64,000 bases of DNA from Dudresnaya verticillata (taxonomy: Eukaryota): contig OZ374559.1 in NCBI GenBank assembly GCA_977862235.1, positions 1,922,001 through 1,986,000 on the forward strand, written 5' to 3'. The number at the start of each line of letters is the position of its first letter. The first letter of the stretch is position 1. Position numbers and translations under genes: made by a program. Under the pieces are notes generated by a model that was not told the origin of the DNA, made no database searches, and saw nothing but the letters and a program-made list of their open reading frames with translations. Below are positions 1 to 10,204 of this stretch, one piece after another.

Positions 1-751
1 CCGCAACACTACGGCATGTTGGACTTATTTGCAACAGAATTCCAATATGGAAGTTGTAGTGCTTTGATGGTTCTCGTGTCACCTTTTCCAGGCCCATTTG
101 CAGTCTCTCCCGTAGATCTGCTAGTGTCAAACTGCCAACCCCACCTTCTTACCCGGGATGAACTTCCCCCAGCCAAAAACATCAGCTGGGCTCTCCTTCA
201 AGGATCTCTTGCTAGCACCATTTTGCAGCGCTCCGGCATTCGCCATCTTTTTTCTCGCCCTGCAAGAGTGTTCAAGAGAGCCCGTGCCGTTTTATTTCTC
301 CATCATTCCTCTTCTCCGGAAAAGTTTCAAAGTACCGAAAATGCTTCATACGCATTCCCAGTAACCAGGAATAGCTCTATGACTTCATAACTACGTATCC
401 TTCCTGAGGGGAGAAGGGAAAAGGATCTAATAACCAAGCGCTAATAATTGCAGTCGGCATACTTGAATGTTTAGCCCGCGAAAGCAGTTTACTGCATCTT
501 TGTATTGCAACAAAGACAAACAGCAAACAACCCTCTCACCTCCCAGGCCCATCTACGAAATAGAATTGAAGAGAAAAGTAATCCCTGCTAGTCAAGTATT
601 ATTGCTGTCCCATTTGGTTCCTGTTTGACGGCAACCAGGACCAGGTCAACCAGACGTGCTGCGCATGAATATACCAGAGGGCTAGGAGCTTCAGCGGCCA
701 TGAAATCAGAATCTCCAACAAATCGCCTCTCCCTATCCTGGTCCTGAACAC

Positions 752-759
752 TATATAAA
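752..759 (+). promoter_or_regulatory. TATA box of the Cys-rich peptide gene (recurs at +8963 intervals)
   Basis: TATATAAA 115 nt upstream of CACCATG; AATAAA at 1326-1331 after the stop. Confidence 0.6.
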
Positions 760-866
760 GCAACGACGCATCCCAGTTTGTGGGATTCATTCATCAGACA
801 CGCAACACTCAGTTGCACCTGAATACAACATCAATTCAGAAAAGCTTTCCAAGTCCACCCCACACC

Positions 867-1241
867 ATGAAGATTACCGCTATGCTCTGCATCTGCCTAG
901 CATTCGCAGCTCTACATGCATCAAATGGACGATTTATTTCCGGTGACCAGCAGACAGAAGCCGTCAAGGTCAAGAAAAATATGCTCTTCACTCAAGGCGA
1001 GAACGCTGCAGAGATCCCAGCCTTTCCTTCTGAGCAACGTGATGGCCGCTTCAATGCCATTACTGTTCGCCAGGGCTATTATAGTACCGCTCCTCGACCA
1101 CCGCCTCCCCCTCCGGCGGCGTGCCCGTGCAGATGCACGACGTATACAAATGCAGTTCAACAGTGCAGAAGGTTCTCTGAACGAAGGTGCTGGCTGCAGC
1201 CACAGAAATGTAGTGGAGATCGGGTCATGTGCTGTTGCTAA
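867..1241 (+). CDS. Secreted Cys-rich prepropeptide, 124 aa (copy 1, Tyr variant)
   Basis: CACCATG start; signal peptide MKITAMLCICLAFAALHASNG; pro-region ending TVR|Q; poly-Pro linker; C-terminal 9-Cys domain; TATA box and polyA signal. Confidence 0.85.
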   Translation: MKITAMLCICLAFAALHASNGRFISGDQQTEAVKVKKNMLFTQGENAAEIPAFPSEQRDGRFNAITVRQGYYSTAPRPPPPPPAACPCRCTTYTNAVQQCRRFSERRCWLQPQKCSGDRVMCCC

Positions 1242-2951
1242 GTTTTTTGTGGTCTTTTTCTCCTTTTAGCTGGACAAGCAATTCACGAATAAGATTGTTT
1301 TAGTTCTCAAATAGCCTCTTATTGCAATAAATATTGCTGTGAAATGCGTTAGAGTTGGACTACTGATTCATGATCGTGTACTTTCTTTGGTACTAGTAGA
1401 TAGCATCCATTAGGGAAGACGTCTCGCTTTGATAAAAGGATACATGCTCCTTTTCTGCAATTGTGGATGGAATGGCCCCCTCTTTTGGATACCAAGTGTA
1501 GTACTTACTGACTCTCTTTGGATTTTCTATCGCGATGTTAAAGAAGGCTAATCATTCAGCTCTTTGAAGAAGGGAATCCTGCAAACCTACTTCATATCTC
1601 CAACTTTTGTCCATACAAATCCTGTCCCAATGTTTCCATCCGCTGACGCTGTTGAAGCGAACGGCGAAGGAAATCGCAGTGATGGGTATTGTGGGATATT
1701 TGGTGAGGTAGATCTGCCTGTCACGACGTCTTTAATCCCAATGATGGTTACAAACGTTGAGTCATGTTACCTTCCGGAAAATAAATACGGTAAGGTAATG
1801 CTCCCTCGGTAAAAGTAATCTATTAGGCTAAGAGAGCATCTATAGACTGCATGGGTTATCATAGATTTATGCTTGGAACTTTGCCGTATATTAATAATGC
1901 GATGCGAAATGAAGGTATTGTTTCACTGACTTGTTTCGGAACGGATGCTTTATGGGATTTTTATGACCATAGCTTCAATCTCGGTCTTAATTGACATCGC
2001 TCTTGAATGTAGGATTTCGTCTTCGTTTGACTCCAGCCGTTCTTCGTTAGCCCGTGTAAGAGCCATTCCGCTCATCTTAATATTTTATATATTCAACGGC
2101 ATACTGAAAATGAGGTCTTACACCTTTGCAAGTGCATGCGATATGGAATTTGTTGCTAATGTTTCTGGCGAAACTCTGCGTTTCTCGACGTCGAACCGTC
2201 GGGAATTAAGCCCAAGTCCACTTCTGGACGAAGCAACAAGGCCACCACTGATCCATTGTATCTTCTGGTAGGCATATATTTGCTTAGACGTGCGGTGCAA
2301 TGCATATACAAACAAAACTGGCTTGTCGTGGGTGCGCCAAATGTAGTTCTTGACGTCTTGTTGCCAGATTATCTTAGTTGGTTCATTAGGACGGAACCAT
2401 AATATTCACTTCCAGACCTTGCTGCAGGTTCATCTAAATATTCCCTCAATCGGTATCCGTGAACGGAATGCATACATTTATCTGCGTGCAATACCAGCAG
2501 TCGAACTATATTAAGAGTGGTTTTGTATTGTTGTTTCAACTTTTCAAATTATAGGACTAGAACCGACGCAGGGACCCAATTACTTCTCAACAGTCTTCAC
2601 AAGATGTTGGCGCATTGTGTTTGTTGCCTTCTAATGCATAAACGTCCCGTTACTACCGTACCTCATTTGTTCATGTGATACCCGCGCACACGTCGATGAA
2701 TATCTCTCCGTTCTGACGATGATTCCCCCGTACCTATGACAGCTTTATTGAATTCACGAAGGGGTGATAATTTGGGGCACACACCGATCTATTTGGACAC
2801 AGCGCTGAAGATGCCGTTTTTGCAGATGAGATGGAAATGTTATGTGGGCACATTTGTGTATCTGCAAGCAACTGGACATCGCGTACGGTATTCCAGGTAT
2901 TTTCTAAATCTTGCTTCTAATAACGATGAGAGCAGAAAAATGCGATTCCGC

Positions 2952-3372
2952 TGAACAACTTGGCTTGAAAAGAGCTGTTCTGTTCACTCATGGCTGAACC
3001 ACTACTATTTTTTCTGTTTATCGTTCAAGCACTGCCGTTCAAGCTATTTGTTTTACTGCTTATCGTTCAAGCCGTCGGCATTTACATACTAGATATGTTG
3101 TTATGATTATTTCTAGCGGTTCACGGCTACGGTCTGATAGAACTAGCTGTTTGTTAGGTTTATGTTACGTCTAGTACAGCAGTTTTATTCACGCTATAGA
3201 CTACATTGTAGCGCAGACTGTGGTCTATCTATACTGACCTTCTCGAGGTGCAGCAGTTTTAGACATCGAACTACAACAACACTTACCAACTTATCAGTAC
3301 CCATTCATCCTGTCCTTCATCACTTTCCCTTTTGTCAGCGTTCCCTTCCTCAGCGCGCCCCTTCCCTTTTCA
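2952..3372. mobile_element. Solo-LTR-like element, copy A (also 11915-12335, 20878-21298, 29841-30261)
   Basis: About 420 bp, TG...CA ends, colinear with but diverged from 5885-6304; internal cgttcaagc repeats; degenerate flanks ttccgc/atcccc. Confidence 0.55.
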
Positions 3373-4534
3373 ATCCCCATGAAGCCATACCGGAATTTTT
3401 CTAAATCGTTGGCGGGAAATAGACCTGCGGGCTGCGGGTAAGGGATCAAATCGCGTGAGTGTCATCATCATCGTCAAAACATTATTGAAGCAAGATGAAC
3501 AGCGGAAACCCCTAATGACTCAGCAGCTGATGACTATTGGAAGGCCTGGACAAACTGGACCTCTACGATTCATTGCGAGGGCTGTGAGCTGGAGAATGCG
3601 GGAAACCAGGGGTGAAACTAACGAATGGTATTGGGAATGGAGTGCTAGGATTTGTTCCCCGGCACGTGGCTAGGAAGGAAGCGAGCTTTTGGAGTGCAGT
3701 ACGGCATTCGGGACCAATGCTGCCGTGGATGTCAAAGCCCGGCGGCTGAAGCGAAATAGAATGTGATGGAAATCTTTACTCAAAGTTAAAGGTGAGCTTA
3801 GGCGGGCAACATAGGCCCGTTTACAAGCGCATCGGCACATCGTGCCAACGGAAGGCCAGTGCTGCGAGGATAGAGGAGGATGGTGGTGGGGGTGGGGGTG
3901 GGGCGGGGAGCAGGAGAATGTGCTGCACAAACGGTGCGATACTTGCGATTCTTCCCCGTTCAGCGACTTGGGCGGCCCCTGCAGGAATTACAGCTGCCTT
4001 GGACACAGCGCGAGCAGTAGAGGGAGCAACAATAGTAAGGTCATATCTAAGGCATGAATCAGAAAAGGCAGGATCATCCAACACCAAGTCGAAACTTCAA
4101 AGATCGTCCTGGAAACGAAAAGACTGCTCTCTTGTTACAGAAAGCCCGATAGACAGGTGTCGGAGATGGGAAAAAAGGGGGTCCCGAATAGAATTGTGAC
4201 GACGAGTTGAGCCTTGGGCACAGGGACATGTGGAAGCATGATACCCGAAACGGCCAAGGGAAACCACGCGACCAGAAACGGAGAGACAAGCAGAACAAGG
4301 GAGATCTGGCGCAACTACAGGTGCGCCCAAACGCAAGTCGAGCATGGTAGCCCAGTAGCCCAGGTGATACAGAGGTGCCTCGGCGTGGATCGGGGAATGC
4401 AGTCAAGGCCGTACGACATTTCAAACTACCACAGGAGAGAAGCCGGGTCCTTTTGACACGATCTGGAATCCAGAGGCTTGTGCCTGTGTGCTTGCTACCT
4501 GTTTTAAAAAAAAGATAGCAAGCACAAAGTGTTG

Positions 4535-5723
4535 GCGGCTCAACAGCAAACTGTTTCTGCGAAGAACTCTGCTTTAGAGAGAGAGTTAAACACAGCAATG
4601 GAGAGCTTGAAAACCAAGCAGATTCGGTGGAATACCATCGAAAACGAGGACAAACAGGAAAATGATGAATTGTGAGACCTGAAAGATACTCGGGCAGAGC
4701 TGGAGTCGGTTAAGCAAGAAAATAACGTAATTAAAGAATGGTTCGACAAAGCCAAAGGTGAAGCGATGAAGCATAAGACCGTCTCCCCACCACAACCAGC
4801 AGATCCAGGTTTTCCGCGTATGTATGAAACCCTCTTTCATCGTTGGAAACTGACAAAGCTAATCGGACAGGGTGGCTTTGGAGCAGTATAAAAAGGAAGT
4901 GGACACTTTGAATCGATCAGCAAACATCGCGATGAAGGTGCAACTCATCCAGGACACCGCAGGCTTTGAACTAGGATATGAGCGCAACATATACCGACAG
5001 TTTGCCCATCGTCATGGTCAGGAATCGGAAGATCAGTTCATGCCGCGAGCCCGGGGGTACAGCCGGATCCCAGGCAAGTATGAGGTACTTTCCATTGATC
5101 TTCTCGGCCCTTCAGTACAAGACTACTGGCAACGCTTCTATTGCACCTTTACCCTCACCGGTATTTTGACGTTTGGAATCAGAGCGCTGACCTGTCTCGA
5201 GAGGTTCCACGACAACGGTTACGTACATCGGGACATGAAAGCAGGAAAATGAAACTTTTTGACAGACCTGCATGGCCAAGGTAAGCTGTACTTGGCTGAC
5301 TTCGGGATGTCTGTGGAATATGAAAGCTGGGAGAACCCACCGCAACAAGATGAACGAGAAGTGTTTGGAACGCTTCTCTATGCTTCAAAGACAGCACACC
5401 AGCGCAAGCCCCAGTCTCGGGCAAGTGATCTTGAGTCACTTGGGTACGTTCTCTTTGAGATGATTAAAGGTGAACTTCCTTGGAGCCATGTTGCTCGCAA
5501 CTGCCACGGTGGGCGCTGGGAAGCTTGCCTTACCTTTAAGAAGATAGGAATCAATTGCCATGAATCTCCGTGGCTCGTCAAATACTTTGACTGCATCGAG
5601 AAGCTGACATAGACATTCTCACAGCATCCTGACTATGACGGACTGCGAGAGATTCTTAAGAAGTGTTTGGGACAAAGGGAAGGAGAGGTTGATTGGGTGC
5701 GATATGCCGAGGACCATGTGTGA
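4535..5723 (+). pseudogene. Coiled-coil + casein kinase 1-superfamily kinase pseudogene (copy 1; 5' limit approximate)
   Basis: Motifs GQGGFGAV, IAMK, LLGPS, HRDMK, DFG, GTLLYAS, DLESLGY, PDY. Stops at 4673, about 4888 (plus frameshift), 5250 and 5610. Colinear with intact 55882-57726. Confidence 0.9.
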
Positions 5724-5884
5724 ATATTGTATCTACAATATCGAAAGGAATTGCTTGCTTTCAGGATCAGACATGCCTGAGACTTAACTACCTCTCAGAT
5801 GACATGGAAGGTACATGAGAGGGGCGTCGTTAATGTAGATATCGACTCTGGTCTGGTGTGGCTTGTTATATATCTTGTAAAACT

Positions 5885-6304
5885 TGAATAACTTGGCTTG
5901 AAGAGCTGTTCACTCATGGCTGAACCGCTACTATTTGTTTTCTGTTTACGTTCAAGCACTACCGCTCAAGCTATTTGATTTACTGTTTATCGTTCAAGCA
6001 GTTGAGCAGTTACGTACTAGATATGTTGTTACGATTATTCCAGCAGTCCACGACTACGGTCTGATAGAACTAGCTGTTTTGTTACGTTTATGTTACGTCT
6101 AGCACTGCAGTTGAATTCATGCTACAGACCATGTTTTAGGGCAAACTGTGGTCTATTTATACTGACCTTCTCGTGGTCTGCAACAGGCATAGCTATCGAA
6201 CCACAACAATACTTACCAACTTATCAGCACCCATTCATCCCTTTCTGCATCTCGTTCCGTTTGGTCAGCATTCCCTTCCTCAATGTGCCCCTTTTCCTTC
6301 ATCA
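5885..6304. mobile_element. Solo-LTR-like element, copy B, with 6-bp target-site duplication (also 14848-15267, 23811-24230)
   Basis: TGA...TCA termini flanked by AAAACT at 5879-5884 and 6305-6310; absent from the paralogous flank near 32838. Confidence 0.7.
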
Positions 6305-7741
6305 AAAACTGTGTATGCTCTGTGCGTGATGAAGGTTGAAACGGAGTCTGACCAATATGGGGGAGCCCTCTGTGCATTAGTAGGATGGCCCATCCTACTA
6401 ATATAATACAAAAGCAGCACCCACCTTGGATGGGTGCTTCTTTCGTATAAAATAAAAGCTAGTATTGTGTTGACTTGACCGAGAGCTTTCAGAGAAAGAT
6501 CAGCAAACCTGTTGCTTCAGGCGCCGTATTTCGTACCAGTCCTGTTGCCCGATTGCGCAGAACCGAACTTCAAACGAAGATATATTAGTTGTTTGACATA
6601 CAGGATATATGTTGTATACACTTGTTGCTTTGCGTAACCATCCAAGTGGAGTTGACAGGAACAGTTACTGTATCAATATATCCTTGTCATATAAGAAATC
6701 ACTGGAATACCGTGTATGCTTAGCTGTTACGGAAAAGGTAAGTGTAATAGGTTATCCCCAGCATTAGCTAGCTGGGTATAAACTACAGTCTGTTCTTTCT
6801 GTGAGAGCTCTGCTTCAAATTCAACATAAAGTATTTTGCTTGAATGACGCAAGAGGCTGACAACCAAGCCGAGGAAACCGCTTGTGCAATGTCTCGCTTT
6901 ACACCCGCCATACTGCCATGCATTCAATGCAGGTGCCTCGTCTGCAATCCGTTGTATGTTCTTCTTTTCTCAAAGCAGGGACGCAACTGTGATCAGTGTG
7001 CAATTTCCCTTCGAGATGCATGGAGTGACTCGTGAACATTATGGATAGGAGCATGGCATTCATTTGTTAAGGCTCCGAAGCAGCGTCGATGAATGGCTGA
7101 GAGCGAACTATCAGGAAGCCACGTCGGTCCCAAATCTGGAGCTTTTCCTTATTAAACATAAAAACATAAATAATAATATGGAAAATAAGATTAAACAAAC
7201 ATCTCTCCTCGCCCGTATTCTTCACTGTTCTCCTTTGTTGCGCCCTCACTCTTGGAAAGGATGGGGAAGTGCCAGTTCAAAGGGTTTCCGATGGATTCAA
7301 TAAAACATGCCGTCTTCCTGTACAAGGGTGCATGCAAAGCCATCAGCGCTTCAAAGCGTGCAGAGCCATCAGCGGTTTAATGCTTGTTTCTCAAATCTTC
7401 TTTCCCACCATCACCTGGATCCGAATACCCGTCGCGGTATCGTCCTGTAATAAAGCCTGGCATGCGTTGCGAGCCATCATGGGCAGGAGGGGCTTCAATA
7501 GAGTTCAGTGTTTCATTGTCATAGCCAACAAAATTGATCATGCAAGGCTCAGAAACATTGTGTTTGAAGTATGTGTGCTCAACTGCGCAGAATGCCCATT
7601 CTGCGGCGGAAATTGGTACCTCCCTTGCTTTGCTAGTATCCTTTCTCCGCCCCTTAGGCCTGTCCTCTATCCTCGAGGGCAGGACTAAGAGGAGACTCCT
7701 TTCACCTGCTTTGGCAACGGTCCCCTAACACCATTTGTATA

Positions 7742-7837
7742 CATATACTGTTGTGGTATGCGTATCGCTGTGTCGGAATGCAGCCCCAAGTAGATGGCAG
7801 CACGACACAGCGATGCGCATACCACAACTTGTATATG
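7742..7837. repeat. Long inverted repeat/hairpin (also 16705-16800, 25668-25763)
   Basis: 7750-7775 pairs with 7803-7828 (25/26 Watson-Crick plus one G:U on +); 7742-7748 pairs with 7831-7837. Confidence 0.85.
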
Positions 7838-9829
7838 GTACATATGTATACTACATATATAAGCAAAGCATGTCTTTGTGACGCTACGCGCACATGCTTC
7901 GACATTGAGCGTATACGAAAATGTGAATCAGGTACGGGCTATCGACCAAAAGCAAAGGCGTCCGTGTCTAGAATCGGAAGTGGGGGCTATTAATCGAAAT
8001 CCGGTTTCAAACAGGCGTAGCAGTAAATCTAAAGCTGCTCTCTTGGGTGAAAGACAGACAGGAATAAGTTTGTATGACTTTCATTAGTATCACAACACAC
8101 AAACGGTACTCGAGGAGTCTGGATACAGGAGTCATTAAAACCGCGTTTGAAACGCGGGCTGTTCTGTGTTGCAACATGCTGAAATACTGTCATCCTTTGA
8201 CAAAAGTTAGTACCGCGAGCATGCTCATGCTGTGTCTGCATGTGAAGAGTTTAGTATTCGTTTTAACTTGCGCTCTGCTCCGTAGGATGACAGGCCTGCG
8301 TATGCAGCACGGCGCTGTCTGGAAACTGCTTCACCAAAAACGTTGCAATTCAATTGACAAGAAGTCCAGAGAAACTACGTATTTTCGTCGGTGCACCTCG
8401 TCATCTCCTTTCAAGCATCGTTCGAAAGCCTCAACGCTGCGATCACAGAGCTTGAACAGATTCAAGCTAATGTTTCAAATGGCAGCTCTGCACCGTGATG
8501 TTCTCCATTATAGAACAGGCACCCCCCATGGAGGTGTTCAGATAGAGGATAGCAATGAATGAGATCATGACTGATGCACATAATATCCAGGACGCATAAT
8601 CGCTACTCTCCTTCCGAGGGTTTTAAGAGTCCTCGGCGACAATCGACGTGTATTTCAATATGTAATGGTACGTGTCGTGGATGCTTTCTTCTGCATCTCC
8701 GAAGGCTCTATGATAAATAAACCTTCACAGTACCATCCAGATCCGTCGCAGAAGCACTAAATACAAAAGAAAAGTTCCCCACTCTCGTTCTGCACAATAC
8801 AAAGAAATAAACTTTCATATTGCAGAAGTGTTCTCAAAGGAGTTCAACGTAGAGTGTTATCTTGTTTTCTCTTCCCACGGGTTTTTAACAGATGCTTCAT
8901 TATTTATTATCTCGAGTATGGCATAAAGCCCATGGTTTCTCTTCGAGCACAGAGCCCGTGAGGCCGCAACACTACGGCATGTTGGACTTATTTGCAACAG
9001 AATTCCAATATGGAAGTTGTAGTGCTTTGATGGTTCTCGTGTCACCTTTTCCAGGCCCATTTGCAGTCTCTCCCGTAGATCTGCTAGTGTCAAACTGCCA
9101 ACCCCACCTTCTTACCCGGGATGAACTTCCCCCAGCCAAAAACATCAGCTGGGCTCTCCTTCAAGGATCTCTTGCTAGCACCATTTTGCAGCGCTCCGGC
9201 ATTCGCCATCTTTTTTCTCGCCCTGCAAGAGTGTTCAAGAGAGCCCGTGCCGTTTTATTTCTCCATCATTCCTCTTCTCCGGAAAAGTTTCAAAGTACCG
9301 AAAATGCTTCATACGCATTCCCAGTAACCAGGAATAGCTCTATGACTTCATAACTACGTATCCTTCCTGAGGGGAGAAGGGAAAAGGATCTAATAACCAA
9401 GCGCTAATAATTGCAGTCGGCATACTTGAATGTTTAGCCCGCGAAAGCAGTTTACTGCATCTTTGTATTGCAACAAAGACAAACAGCAAACAACCCTCTC
9501 ACCTCCCAGGCCCATCTACGAAATAGAATTGAAGAGAAAAGTAATCCCTGCTAGTCAAGTATTATTGCTGTCCCATTTGGTTCCTGTTTGACGGCAACCA
9601 GGACCAGGTCAACCAGACGTGCTGCGCATGAATATACCAGAGGGCTAGGAGCTTCAGCGGCCATGAAATCAGAATCTCCAACAAATCGCCTCTCCCTATC
9701 CTGGTCCTGAACACTATATAAAGCAACGACGCATCCCAGTTTGTGGGATTCATTCATCAGACACGCAACACTCAGTTGCACCTGAATACAACATCAATTC
9801 AGAAAAGCTTTCCAAGTCCACCCCACACC

Positions 9830-10204
9830 ATGAAGATTACCGCTATGCTCTGCATCTGCCTAGCATTCGCAGCTCTACATGCATCAAATGGACGATTTAT
9901 TTCCGGTGACCAGCAGACAGAAGCCGTCAAGGTCAAGAAAAATATGCTCTTCACTCAAGGCGAGAACGCTGCAGAGATCCCAGCCTTTCCTTCTGAGCAA
10001 CGTGATGGCCGCTTCAATGCCATTACTGTTCGCCAGGGCTATTATAGTACCGCTCCTCGACCACCGCCTCCCCCTCCGGCGGCGTGCCCGTGCAGATGCA
10101 CGACGCATACAAATGCAGTTCAACAGTGCAGAAGGTTCTCTGAACGAAGGTGCTGGCTGCAGCCACAGAAATGTAGTGGAGATCGGGTCATGTGCTGTTG
10201 CTAA
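9830..10204 (+). CDS. Secreted Cys-rich prepropeptide (copy 2, His variant)
   Basis: Same as 867-1241 except TAT>CAT at 10106. Confidence 0.85.
   Translation: MKITAMLCICLAFAALHASNGRFISGDQQTEAVKVKKNMLFTQGENAAEIPAFPSEQRDGRFNAITVRQGYYSTAPRPPPPPPAACPCRCTTHTNAVQQCRRFSERRCWLQPQKCSGDRVMCCC

Noticed and set aside
3792..4199. Gly-rich and Cys/Trp-rich ORFs around the G-rich tract
   Set aside because: Non-ATG starts, low-complexity origin and no recognisable domain.
5250..5612. Stop-codon readthrough or alternative genetic code in the kinase
   Set aside because: TGA, TAG and TAA stops plus a frameshift co-occur, two stops are insertions, and other genes use these codons as terminators.
2952..6304. 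Full LTR retroelement that captured a kinase (two LTR-like direct repeats flank the pseudogene)
   Set aside because: Copy B has its own TSD, kinase-flank homology continues on both sides of it, the two repeats are well diverged, and no PBS/PPT is evident.
7190..7690. Long minus-strand frame interrupted by one stop
   Set aside because: May be a decayed gene, but I recognise no family and there is no convincing start.
8857..9353. Overlapping ORFs; TLADLRERLQ faintly like a Tc1/IS630 transposase C-terminus
   Set aside because: No DDE motifs or terminal repeats found.
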